A DNA stretch of 37,345 bases from Macrostomum lignano. Its lineage: Eukaryota. The stretch spans positions 1 to 37,345 of the forward strand of contig NIVC01000777.1 in the NCBI GenBank assembly GCA_002269645.1. Reading direction: 5' to 3'. Shown here piece after piece: positions 9,997 to 23,592 of this stretch; the stretch's first letter is position 1, and every line of letters starts with the position of its first letter. Position numbers and translations under genes: made by a program. The notes under the pieces were generated by a model. That model worked only from the letters and a program-made list of their open reading frames with translations. It was not told the DNA's origin and did not search any database.

Positions 9997-10279
9997 ACAT
10001 AAGCGAAATGAGCAAGCGTGAAAAAACAGCGCCTGTTGGTTGCCGCTGGAACCCCTGGTAAACAAGGTCCAAGAAAATCCTGTTCTATACGCGACCTTCA
10101 GCACCCTGACAATTGAAGTACCAGGAAAAAGACGATCAAAAAGTGTAATTAATATGCTAGGTTTTTTGTTAGCTCGCACCAGTTATATCAACAAGAGCGC
10201 TTGCCTTTGTACTCTGATACAGACTGTACACTGGTTTTGAATTCAGAGCACAAAATAGTTTTCTCAAACGTGCTTGTTC

Positions 10280-10533
10280 GTTGCTCGTTCACACCGCCAT
10301 CAAATGAGGCCATAATTTTCGAGTGATCACAAAATTTCAGTTATGATGAACGAATCTTTGACAATCATCTCAGTTTTTCACGACATCAACTACTGACTTT
10401 TACGAGTGATCGCAAGCGTTTAAACTGCAATCAACTGACATATACTGAGAAGAATGACTGGGCTGGGGTTTAGAGGAGTGTGATGCAAGTTTTCCAATTT
10501 GTTGCTCGTTCACACCGCCATCAAATGAGGCCA
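10280..10533. repeat. Exact 33-bp direct repeat, 221 bp apart
   Basis: GTTGCTCGTTCACACCGCCATCAAATGAGGCCA at 10280-10312 and 10501-10533. Confidence 0.8.
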
Positions 10534-10929
10534 GACTGTGAAAACTCTATATTCTCTACTGAACTGAGTAGCTGAGCAGAAACACATGGCTCTGTATTTT
10601 TTGTTTTAAAAATGGAGCTTTCGATCCGAGTTCCCAAAGATTCCTTTGAATATTATTTTTTTCGTAACAGCTTTCATAAACAAGTCATCAAAGGTAGATC
10701 ATAGTGTTACAAACAAACAATACAATATTGACCTTAGTATAACAAGTCTGTCTAAACCAGTCAATTTTAAATTTGACCGCCAAGTTTCACTTCGAAGCGG
10801 CAGGCCAAACGGCAGCACAGAAATCTACAGACAAAAAAACAGACGGAAATGTCGCGCAAAAAATAGAAAACAAAGCAGGGAGCAGTTGCAGGACACGGTT
10901 GCGCAATCAGCCAGTCGGACGCCGCCTGC

Positions 10930-13900
10930 TCAGTCGTCCTCCTCCTCGTCCTCCTCCTCCTCGCCCGCGCCCTCCTCGGCGCCCTCCTCGGCCTCGGCCA
11001 GGGCCGCCTTCAGCGCCGCCTCCTCCTCGGGCGTCGGGTCCTCCGTCTCGGTGATCTCCGGCCCGCTGGGGAACTCCAGCAGCACTGGCGGCGGCGGCGG
11101 TGGGCTGTAGTTCTCGGTGGCGTACTTGTGGCCCCAGCCGATGTACACGTTCTCGAATAGACTGCGGGCATGGGCGGGACTGGGCTGCGACTTCTCCGGC
11201 TCACTTCTCAGCTCCTGTGCCTTTCCGGTTCCTTTCTCTTCTCTCCCTTTTCCCTGCCTCCCTTTCTTCTCTCTCTTATTTTCCCTTTCTGCGATCGCTT
11301 TTTATTTAGTCACAGAGGCTACTTGGTTCTGCTGCAAAAATAATGCCTCTCATGTTCCTAATTCTCCCCTCTCATGTTCCTAATTCTACCCTCTCCTGTT
11401 CCTAATTCTCCCCTCACCTGTCCCTAATTCTCCCCTCTCCTGTTCCTAATTCTCCCCTCTCATGTTCCTAATTCTCTCCTCTCCTGTTCCTAATTCTCCC
11501 CTTTCATGTCCCTAATTCACCACTCTCCTGTTCCTAATTCTCCCCTCTCATGTTCCTAATTCTCCCCTCTCATGTTCCTAATTCTCCCCTCTCCTGTTCC
11601 TAATTCTCCCTCTCCTGTTCCTAATTCTCCCCTCTCCTGTTCCTAATTCTCCCCTCTCCTGTTCCTAATTCTACCCTCTCCTGTTCCTAATTCTCCCCTC
11701 ACCTGTCCCTAATTCTCCCCTCTCCTGTTCCTAATTCTCCCCTCTCATGTTCCTAATTCTCCCCTCTCCTGTTCCTAATTCTCCCCTTTCATGTCCCTAA
11801 TTCACCACTCTCCTGTTCCTAATTCTCCCCTTTCATGTCCCTAATTCACCACTCTCCTGTTCCTAATTCTCCCCTCTCATGTTCCTAATTCTCCCCTCTC
11901 CTGTTCCTAATTCTCCCCTCTCCTGTTCCTAATTCTCCCCTCTCCTGTTCCTAATTCTCCCCTCTCCTGTTCCTAATTCTCCCCTCTCCTGTTCCTAATT
12001 CTCCCCTCTCCTGTCCCTAATTCTCCCCTCTCCTGTCCCTAATTCTCCCCTCTCCTGTCGCTAATTCGCCACTCTCCTGTCCCTAATTCTCCCCTCACCT
12101 GTCCCTAATTCTCCCCTCTCCTGTCCCTAATTCTTCCCTCTCCTGTCCCTAATTCTCCCCTCACCTGTCCCTAATTCTCCCCTCTCCTGTCCCTAATTCT
12201 TCCCTCTCCTGTCCCTAATTCGCCACTCTCCTGTTCCTAATTCTCCCCTCTCCTGTTCCTAATTCTCCCCTCTCCTGTTCCTAATTCTCCCCTCTCATGT
12301 GCCTAATTCTCCCCTCTCCTGTTCCTAATTCTCCCCTCTCCTGTTCCTAATTCTCCCCTCTCATGTCCCTAATTCTCCCCTCTCCTGTCCCTAGCCTCTC
12401 ATGTCCCTTATTCTCCCCTCTCATGTCCCTAATTCTCCCGTCTCATGTCCCTAATTCTCCCCTCTCCTGTCCCTCGCCTTTCATGTCCCTAATTCTCCCC
12501 TCTCCTGTCCCTAGCCTCTCATGTCCCTAATTCTCCCCTCTCATGTCCCTAATTCTCCCGTCTCATGTCCCTAATTCTCCCCTCTCATGTGCCTAATTCT
12601 CCCCTCTCCTGTTCCTAATTCTCCCCTCTCCTGTTCCTAATTCTCCCCTCTCATGTCCCTAATTCTCCCCTCTCCTGTCCCTAGCCTCTCATGTCCCTTA
12701 TTCTCCCCTCTCATGTCCCTAATTCTCCCGTCTCATGTCCCTAATTCTCCCCTCTCCTGTCCCTCGCCTTTCATGTCCCTAATTCTCCCCTCTCCTGTCC
12801 CTAGCCTCTCATGTCCCTAATTCTCCCCTCTCATGTCCCTAATTCTCCCGTCTCATGTCCCTAATTCTCCCCTCTCCTGTCCCTCGCCTTTCATGTCCCT
12901 AATTCTCCCCTCTCCTGTCCCTAGCCTCTCATGTCCCTAATTCTCCCCTCTCCTGTCTCTCGCCTCTCATGTCCCTCGCCTCTCATGCCCCTAATTCTCC
13001 CCTCTCATGTCCCTAATTCTCCCCTCTCCTGTCCCTCCCCTCTCATGTCCCTAATTCTCCCCTCTCATGTCCCTAATTCTCCCCTCTCATGTCCCTAATT
13101 CTCCCCTCTCCTGTCCCTCCCCTCTCATGTCCCTAATTCTCCCCTCTCATGTCCCTAATTCTCCCCTCTCATGTCCCTAATTCTCCCCTCTCCTGTTCCT
13201 AATTCTCCCCTTTCTCTCTTCTCCCCAGTCATCTCTCGCCGCGACTCGCACCTGCCTTGGGCCACCGCGTACGCGCCCGGCCACAGGTTGGAGGACAGGA
13301 CGGCAACCGAGAACTGCGGCAGCAGCTGCGACGAGAGCCGCGCCGTCCACGGCTGGTTGCCGTCAACCTCCGCGTCCTCGGACAGCGGCGTCAGCAGCGG
13401 TGGGCCCTCCTCCGGCTGCGGCTCGTCCATCTCCTCCTTCTCCTCTTCATCCTCGTCGTCAACGGAATCGTCGTCCCGCTTCTGCGCCGGATTCCACCAG
13501 CGGGTGCGGCCCTGCGGCAGGACGTGCTGCACATGGTGCACCCAGCTGGACAGGCTGGGGTCGATGAGCTCCCGCACCGGCATCGGCTCGAACTCCGGGT
13601 TCTCCACGAAGTTGTCGCGGCCGCCGCCCTCCTCATCCTCTTCCTCCTCTTCGTCGAACATGTAAAAGCCCTGCAGTTTCGGTGAGGGTAAGCATTTGGG
13701 AAGGGTAGTCCAGACCAGGTAAGCCTGATTACCTGAAGTAAACATTTCTGAGCTCCTAGCCCGCTGTCAGCTGGTCTTCTGAGCCAGGACCCGCCGGGAA
13801 ACAGTTAATGTTCTATTAAACTGCCCGGTGCCCAACAGTTTTTCTTACATCAGCTGGCTATAAGGGAATCGCTTAATTCTCTTTCCTCGCTACTCGTCAG

Positions 13901-15298
13901 TAGACGCTCTCTTATGGTTTTACAACTTTGAGATTTAACTTTGACCACAGCATTGACTCGTTCCAAATTTTGCTAGCACAACATTGCACTCACCTGCGGC
14001 GAGATGATGGTGCCGGCTGAGATCCGGCAGACCTGAGCGCGCAGGTAGTTGGCCTCGTTGCCGGGAAACGGCGGGTAGGTGACCACAGGGGCGTCAAGGC
14101 GGCCGGTGAAGAACTTCTTCACCTTGCGGGCAGCCTGGATCTGCGCCGGGGTCACGCTGGGCAGGCGGGTCCAGGGCCGGCCGGGCTCCGAGCAGACAAA
14201 GTACACAAACCGGTTGACGCCGGAGCCGGCGTCTTCGCGTGGCACCACCGGCGGCGTCTTGAAGTCCGGCTTGGGGATCGGGTCCTCCGGCGGCTCCTCG
14301 TCGGCGTCGCCAGCGGCTTCAGCGTCAGCGGCGGAGTCGGCCCCGGCTTGTTCCGGCTTGCTGCCGTCGGCACTGCTGGCGGTGGCTGCCGCGGCCTTCG
14401 CCTCCTCCTCGACGATGGCGTCTATCTCATCCTGCTTGAGCAGACCCTCAGCGATGTAATAGCCACCCTCAGTGCCGAGGATTTTGCCCCAGAAGCGCAG
14501 CTGCTCGAAGCTGTGCTGCTTCTCCAGCTCTTTGAGAGCCAGCCACAGGCGGTAGGTCTCCTCAGCGTCCAGGCCTGAGTTTGGGAGTTTGCAGGAGAGC
14601 ATTGAATTGTCAAAAGCTCCAGCGGTTGCTATGGAAGATCTAAAACCCATAATTTATCTCCTGAGAGCTTCCTTCGCTTACCGACTCCTCCCTGCTCGAA
14701 CAGATAGGCGGTCTGCCACAGGTTGGGCAGCGCCGAATCCATCTCTTCCTCATCTTCATCGCCCTGGGTTGGCTGAAGATGCATTGGTTTGGAATTCAAT
14801 GCTTTTTAATTTCCTTCTGGCTAGAAAGTACACCGATAGGCAACTGTATGCTACAGTGCTCACCTCAAACAGATGCCGCTGCACTTCGGCCTTGGCCACC
14901 TCGGTAGTTCGCTCGTACTGGTTCTGCACCGTGTCCACGTTGGAGGCGAACCTCGCCCGTTTGCCCTCCTTGCTGATGTCTTCGAAGATGTCCACTACAT
15001 TGCTGGGTTTCTCCTCGAGGATCTTTTTCAGGCAGACGATGAGATGGTCGTACCTTGAATTCGGGCAGGTCGAGTTGTTGGTTAATTAGAGTCGGAGCAT
15101 TAAATTGTCTTTAGAAATTTCGAAACCCGGTAAAAAAACTTACAAGTTCATGCCACTCTGGCTGCTAGCGGTGAGCAGGTAGGCCTTGTTATCCGTGAAG
15201 TCGGACTCTCGCGGCACCAGGTCCTGCTGTTTGTCGCCAGCCCCTGTTGCGGGCGTCTGTGGCTTCGACGAGCCTTTCTGACTCTGCGCCTCGGACAT
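10930..15298 (-). CDS. RSPH4A: Radial spoke head protein 4/6 family (RSPH4A/RSPH6A-like), 555 aa; exons 15298-15144, 15053-14864, 14772-14682, 14574-13994, 13670-13252, 11161-10930
   Basis: Motifs KAYLL...NLYDHL...KILEEKP, LPNL...[95 protein letters not shown] and [13 protein letters not shown]. All five introns are GT-AG and preserve frame. The 4A versus 6A paralog label cannot be resolved. Confidence 0.93.
11345..13210. repeat. About 22-bp satellite (roughly 85 units) filling RSPH intron 5
   Basis: Unit CTAATTCTCCCCTCTCCTGTTC with variants. It occupies most of the 2090-bp intron 11162-13251. Confidence 0.95.
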
Positions 15299-17911
15299 TG
15301 CATGAAAGTTGGTAGGATTCTTTGTCTCTCAAATAAATATAATATTGTAGACAACTTATCGAGACTTGTTACACATTTTGTTACCCGTTTAGAAATGAAC
15401 TTACTAAACACTTTCTAAAGTTACTAAACATTTTCTGTGAGATTATTCCTGCCTCTGCCAGAAAAACTACCACTAAAGGAGAGAGTTGTGCATTTCAGAA
15501 AATAAGAATCTGAACCTAAAGGGGAAAATCAGGCGGAAACCTTAGAAAAGTTAGGAATCAGCATCACCAGTTATCAATAGTGGCAGCAATAATTTTAGAA
15601 ATCAAAATAATGGTATTCAGAAATAAGAGACATGTGACAAAAATAGTTTGTAAGTTTATTATTCTTTTTTCCTAGTCAGTTTGTTACGACTACTTAGTTT
15701 TCCTTAGTGAAACTGATTATACTGAATAATAATTAAATATTTTAACTAAATAGTATAAATAATACCAGATAATCAAGGTACAAAGGCTCATATTCCAGTT
15801 GATAATAAAATAACAATTGAGCTTTACTCAAAATAATGTTTCAAATTATTCCTAAAGTTCAAGCACAATAAAATTCAGGATTTAAAAGCTTCGATATTTA
15901 GTATTGCTTCGTATCAAAGCTTCGTATATAGTATTATCCTTTCAATTTAACGGTCTTTCAAAGTTAAAGCTTTAGCTAAATATAGCTGTATGCAACTGTA
16001 CGAATGTCCATTATCTGATGGTGAAACTAAAATATGCTGATGGAAATGATGGACGCCATATTTACATAAGAATCATACAAGTCCAAAAAGCTCTATGAAA
16101 AATTTCTGAAACTCCTGCAAGTTGTATTAGAAAAACAACTAATACAGCGAACAACTTTGAAAAGTCTAAAATCGACCAGATAAGAAAAATTATATATTTC
16201 ATATTTTTGCGTATCTATGGATACAGTACATTCTCAGGAGCAGAAAACCACGGCTACATAAATAACATAACTAATAACTCATTTTCATTTTATGTCACAT
16301 TTGTTGTTTTCACTTAGTTACTTAGATGTTTACTAAGCATACAAAACGTTTGTTAATTTTACTCAAGATTTTTTAATTTTTTTATTTAATTTTTTCTGCA
16401 AAAAAGCTCCTGCCTGCATGCATGCATGTGCATGCGCACGCATATTAAAGCTCTAAGCTCAGCTCCACTTATCAATATCAATATCAGTAAGATATTATTA
16501 TTTAAGTGTGATACCTTGATTTAATTTTTGATATACAATCCTCTGCAAACAAATTTTTTACTTGGGGGATAGTATTACGAAATTGATAAAAAGCCCAAGT
16601 TTTGTTATCCGATCCCTTTGCATACATTTCCTCCATTTAAATGATCATATAACAAAAGTGAATATAGATACATCCCTCTCTTGCCAAGAATCTTGTCGTG
16701 TCTTTGTTTGATTGCCTTGTTTTGGTTGAACTCCACTTCAAATAGACATCAATTGAAACTGCCTTAATGTAGTGCCTTTGACTCATGGATACTGTTTTAT
16801 CTGGTTTCTATTCTTTGACTGCATCTTTTACATGGGGATTGTATAACAAAAGTGCCTAGGAATAGAGATTGTAAAATGAAAGAATGCCCAAATATTATCA
16901 CTTAGCAGCAGTTTGTCAGTCTATTTATTTAAGTAGCATGAACATCGTGCTTTGGATCATATATGCACAACCTCTGAAATTAATCTAGCAATATAAATGC
17001 AGTTTCTTGCAATAATTTTTTTTCTAAAATCATTTGATATTTTAAACATATTGCAGAAAAGTATTGTAGATTGTTAAGTATCACAAAGGTAACAAATCTA
17101 TTATACATTTTTAGCTATCAAAGATCATTTTTGTTATTGGTGCAAGTGGATGCCCAGCCATTATATTGCAGCTGAAATGAGTGCAAATTTAAATGAAAAA
17201 TAATTTTATATAGAAAACTATGGCATCCACTAAAATATAAGAGTGGATATAGAATGTTTGCTAAAATGTGGAAAATGGAATATTTTCCTATATTATCGAA
17301 GTAGATGCAGATGTTAATTTAAATTGTGCAGGTGGCTGTCAGACAAGCTCACAAGCAATGATTTATGATCCCACAATGGCACAAGTAGCAAAAACCATAC
17401 CTATATTATTATGACTACAAGTATAGCAAAATCATCTACAAAAATGCTAGGGGTGACTTGAAAGAGATGACAGAGCTAGCCAGTGATAATGCAAAGGGTC
17501 TAGTTCTAGTTCTATGCAAGTTTTAGTTTAATCATGGCCATGTCAGTAAGCAACGATTAAAAATCAATTGTCTTTGAGTAAAAATCAATGTTGTTATTAA
17601 ATATATAGGCATTGTTATTAAATGTGTTGTTTTTAGACTAAACACTTGTACCTAATGAGAACTTGAGTGCATATGTCTTGTCAATAGAAACAATCAGATG
17701 ATTTCAACACTTGCCCATGAAAATTCATGTGTAAGTCTGATAAGGCAAAGGTGAAAAAATTTTTTTGAGAATGCCTGCTAAAACTGCACTGTTTGTATTG
17801 AATAATATTGAGGAATACGCATTTTGCCAAGCAGTCCTGTACCGATTTGTTATTACTAAACCTTAACCTAAATTGTATTTCACTCATGTCCATCCAAGAC
17901 TTCGCGTTTCC

Positions 17912-19488
<1,577 letters not shown>

Positions 19489-19984
19489 CAGTTGCGAGCG
19501 CAGCTCTCTGTTTGCGAGAAAAATTTTCCCTAAAGCAGCTGTCCGCCCCGGATCGATTGAGATTCAAATTCGATGGGTTCCCATTGCGTGTTAGCTCGTT
19601 ATATGTGTTTGATTTAAGATGTTTTTGATGATTGTGATTGAAATTGAAATGCAGTTTTTGCGCTGATCTGTTGTTCATTCGCTTATCCAATCCAACGTCC
19701 CGTTGAAAACGTTACCGTTACGGAAATCGCTGGAGTCATTGCCAACACGCGAAAGATTTGTTCAATAGTCGGTTTGTTAGCGCTTAGCTTACTACTATCT
19801 TGAGTACACTAATAAGAGTTTTTATAAATGCGAAATGCAATTCTGACTCAAGCAAGCAACGCCTGAGATACGATTCTACGGCCCCGGAGTCATTCTAGAA
19901 GCGCCCCAGACTCACGCCTCAAATAGGCTCTTAGGCGACTCTTTTACGACTTTTTTGGCGTCCTTCACCGTGACTTCTCGTCCT

Positions 19985-20130
19985 TTTAGAGTCCTCTAGA
20001 GTCGCTTCTGTCCTATTTTACCTGTGTTGTTACCTGGGCGACGCAAGTGACTCTGGGACGCTTCCTGGCCTTGGGGTACCGTTTTTCATCGGAACGCTTG
20101 TCCGTTTATTTGTTGTGCCCGTCTTCCGCT
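19985..20130 (+). repeat. Dispersed repeat copy B, with an inverted partner at 19899-19915
   Basis: 23/24 match to 5717-5740. AAGCGCCCCAGACTCAC (19899-19915) is a 15/17 reverse complement of 20047-20063. Confidence 0.55.
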
Positions 20131-20701
20131 ATAAAGTGTTTCTGCTTGCTGCTTTCCTGTATTGGTGTGTGGGAGTTCCCGCTGATTTGCAATGTTATAT
20201 TCACCTCCCTTGCTATTATGGTCAATCTGGTCAGTGTTAATCCGTTTGCTATTTATCAGCTAATAATACATCATATTACACGCGCCGTCGCATTATATAT
20301 TATTTTACCTAGCTGAGTATAACTCTGTCCCGCCCTGTCCGACATTCCCCATGCATTGGAATCCACAGTCAGTGCTTAGCGACCTGCTTGACTGGTTCAC
20401 TTTCTTTCAATTAGTTTCTGTTGCGCTTGCTCGCTGAAAAGATAAAAAAATAGTAAAACAGTGACGAATTTCTTTTGCTTCGGGATGATTTGGTTTTTTT
20501 GTTTCCTTACTTTTTTATAATGCATAAATGCCATAAATATCAAAGCGGTGCAGGGGTTTTGTGGTGTACAATATGTGTCCGAACACTGATTGCACACTGA
20601 TTGTTGAAGTAGAGCTTCGAGCGTGTGCGTGTCACAGGTGACGACACAGGTAGAATCTCGCAAAAAGAATTTTAAAATTATCATCAATTTCCCATCTGCA
20701 G

Positions 20702-23592
20702 TCGCGCATCGAGTTCCCGCCAGTGGAAGAAATCCAACGGCAATGCCACGAGCTGGAGGCTCTGCTGGACGGCGAAGACGACGGCGACGAGTCCGGATCT
20801 GCGAAGCGGCGCGACCGGCCCTGCCCGCTGTGCGGCCGGCAGTTCCGCCTCTTGGCCAACCTGCGCCGGCACCTCCGCCTGCGGCACGCGCTGCTGCACC
20901 GGCAGGAGTCTCCCGAGCAGCCGCCCAGGAAGCGGAGCCGCCCGACCGGCCCAGCAAAGAAGCCGGGATGGGCCGGCGCCAGCGGCGAGTGGCGCAGCGC
21001 CGAGGTGGCCAGCCACGCCGAGCTGACAGCCTGGCGCCTCAGCCACGAGGCCAGCGTCGGCTGCCGGTACTATGTCAGCAGCCTGCGGCGGGAGGGCGGC
21101 GGCGGCGAGCCCGGGGCGGTTCGCTACTGCGTGCACAGCTGCAGCGCTGGCTGGCGGACCCGCCTGGCCTGCCCGGCCCGCATCATCGCCTCCAGGCGGC
21201 CGGGCGGCCTGGCCGGCTACCGGATTCGCTACTCCCTGCTGCACCGCCACCACCCAGAGCACCGGCCGCCCGCCCGCACCCGCTTCAGCGCTGGCGAAGC
21301 CAGTCACGTGCCAGACGTGCGCGCCCGCGCGCTGCGCTCGGCGCTGCTGTCTACTGAGGAGCCCGACCGGCTGTGCGACCCCCGGCTGGCCCGGCGCCTG
21401 ACGCGCGAGGCCCTACGCGGCCATGCCCTGGGCGGCCAGCAGCCGTGGCAGGCGGTCGAGGATCGGCTGCTGGCCGAACTGGCGGCCGGGCCGGCCAGCC
21501 CGCTGCTGCTGTGCCAGTTCCGGCGCTCCTGGTGCTTCAGAAACCGCGTCCGGCTTGGCGCCGGCTTTCGCCCGTCTGACGGCGCGCTCGGCTGCGCGCT
21601 GACGCTGCAGGCGCCGTCAGAGCGGCAGCTGCTGGCGCAGCGTCTTTCCAGCGCCGAAGCTCTGGTCATCGACTGCGTCTACGAGAGCTCCGACCCCGAG
21701 GAGATCAGCGTGCTCTGCCTGCTGCTGCTGGATGCTGAGGGTGAGGCAGTCGGCAACTGTATGCAGTTTTGAATGAGAAAAATAGCCCTATCGACTTTAT
21801 TGATTGCTGCTTGGCATTTCAGGGCGGCCACAGACAGGCGGCTGGCTGCTGACTGACCGAGTCACCGAGACTCGCGTTGAGGACTGGCTGCGCTGCTGCG
21901 TCACCGCGGCGGCCGATTCGCCTCGCTCCGACTCCGGCTGCGCCTTCACCGGCTGGCTGCTGCTGCCGCCCGGACTGCTGGGCGCCACTGCCGGGGCCCG
22001 CGTGTTCCCCAGGGCTGCCGGCTGTTTTGCCGAGCGGCTGCAGCTGCTGAGGAGCTGGCGGCGCTGCCTGCAGGTGAGCGTCTGCCATCTGATTGTCTCT
22101 TCAGTCCACTCCCCTGTTTTTAGACCTCTCCATTGTGTCAGTCGTCCCAATTGTGTCCTCAGTCCACCGCATTGTGTCCTCAGTCCACCGCATTGCGTCT
22201 TCAGTCCACCTCATTGCGTCCTCAGTCCACCGCATTGCGTCCTCAGTTCTCCCTATTTTCCTCAGTTCTCCCTATTGTGTCCTCAGTTCTCCCTATTTTC
22301 CTCAGTTCTCCCTATTTTCCTCAGTTCTCCCTATTTTCCTCAGTTCTCCCTATTTTCCTCAGTTCTCCCTATTTTCCTCAGTTCTCCCTATTTTCCTCAG
22401 TTCTCCCTATTTTCCTCAGTTCTCCCTATTTTCCTCAGTTCTCCCTATTTTCCTCAGTCCACTCCACTGTCACTCAACCGCAGGCCCGCCCGGACCAGTG
22501 GGACGTGGCCGCCCTGCTGCTGCTGGAGCTCCACGCCGCGGCAGTGCAGCCGCAGCTCGGCCGGGCCTCCGCCGCCCTGTCAGAATTCGCCAGAAAATTC
22601 CGCCGCGTCTCGCCGGAGCTGGCGGCTCGCGCCGACCGCCTTGCCCGCTGGCCGCAGCTGTGGGCGGACGCGGCCAAGCCGGCCCGCCTTCGCTGGGTGG
22701 AGATGCGGCTGCACTCGAACCCGGGACTGCTCGGTCTGCTACCCCTGCACTTCGCCGGACGGACGCGCCGGCCCGACCGCCTGCTGGCGCTGGTGCTGGA
22801 GGCGGCTGACTGGCGCCGCAGCTGCTGCGAGCTGGACGACGACCTCGATAGCCACCGGGAGTCCCTGGCCGGCGACACCGCCACCGCCCCGGTGACGGCG
22901 GCTTTTCGGACAGACGCGCCGGCCATTCACAGCGGGCCCGCCTGGCCGGATTTGGCCGATCAGTTCTGTCCGAGGGAGATCCAGGTGAGCGGGTGTCCAT
23001 GAATATGCGGGTGTCCATGAATATGCATTCTGAATTCAGCTCGCAATGCTGTACATGCACTGCTGTCGCACTCTTGCAGGCGCAGCTGGCCGGGCAGCCC
23101 TGCCTCGTGGCCGGCAGCCAGCTGGTCCGCCGGGTTCGCTCCGTCTGTCCGGAGCGGCTCTGCTTCCGACTCTGCCCGTCCGCCGCCTGTGCCGGCCTGT
23201 GCCCGCACCTGTACCGCTGCGACTGCCGGCCGGCGGGCCAGACCGGCTTCTGCCGCCACGTGCACCGGGCGCACGCCGATCTGACAGCCCGCCTGCTGCA
23301 CACGCCGGCTGCCGAGGCGGTGCGCAGAGCCACTGTGGCCGAACAGCCACTGCTGCTGCCGGCCAGGCCGTCCGACCAGCTGCTGGTTGAAGCGGAGCTC
23401 GGCCTGTCAGCGGAGCCGCATCAGCAGCCGCATCAGCTCGCCGCGGCTGCCAGTTCCGCGACAGTCCCGACGCATTCGGCAGAGCTGCAAGTCTGGCTGC
23501 CGGACGCACCGCTGCCGCCGCAACCGCTGATATCCTCGGACCTCAGCCCACGGGCTCAGCAGCTGATTAGCCTGCTGCTGGACGATGATTGA
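20702..23592 (+). CDS. C2H2 zinc finger + MULE transposase-derived + SWIM domain protein (about 767 aa, no in-window ATG); exons 20702-21740, 21823-22073, 22484-22984, 23080-23592
   Basis: CPLCGRQFRLLANLRRHLRLRH (C2H2). CVHSC...CPARI...YSLLHRHH (WRKY/GCM1-like). LVIDCVYE...LLLLDAEG|RPQTGGWLL (MULE RNase H-like core). RPDRLLALV. CPHLYRCDC-x8-CRHVH (SWIM). Three GT-AG introns preserve frame. Confidence 0.75.
22150..22460 (+). repeat. Adjacent 21-bp and 19-bp minisatellites in intron 2 of the MULE-derived gene
   Basis: CCTCAGTCCACCGCATTGTGT (about 4 copies) grades into CTCAGTTCTCCCTATTTTC (about 11 copies; CTCAG every 19 bp from 22282 to 22453). Confidence 0.9.

Noticed and set aside
9292-9997. 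ORFs 9292-9831 and 9551-9997 (LLSP/SSLL repeats)
   Set aside because: They are translations of the C/T tract inside a hAT MITE.
15360-15432. X-box or FOXJ1 sites in the RSPH4/6 proximal promoter
   Set aside because: Only half-sites (GTTACC, GTTACT) and CTAAACA twice are present, which do not meet the consensus.
20397-23509. Many overlapping Ala/Arg/Pro-rich ORFs on both strands
   Set aside because: These are alternative-frame shadows of GC-rich exons. Only one frame per exon gives domain motifs and consistent splice phases.
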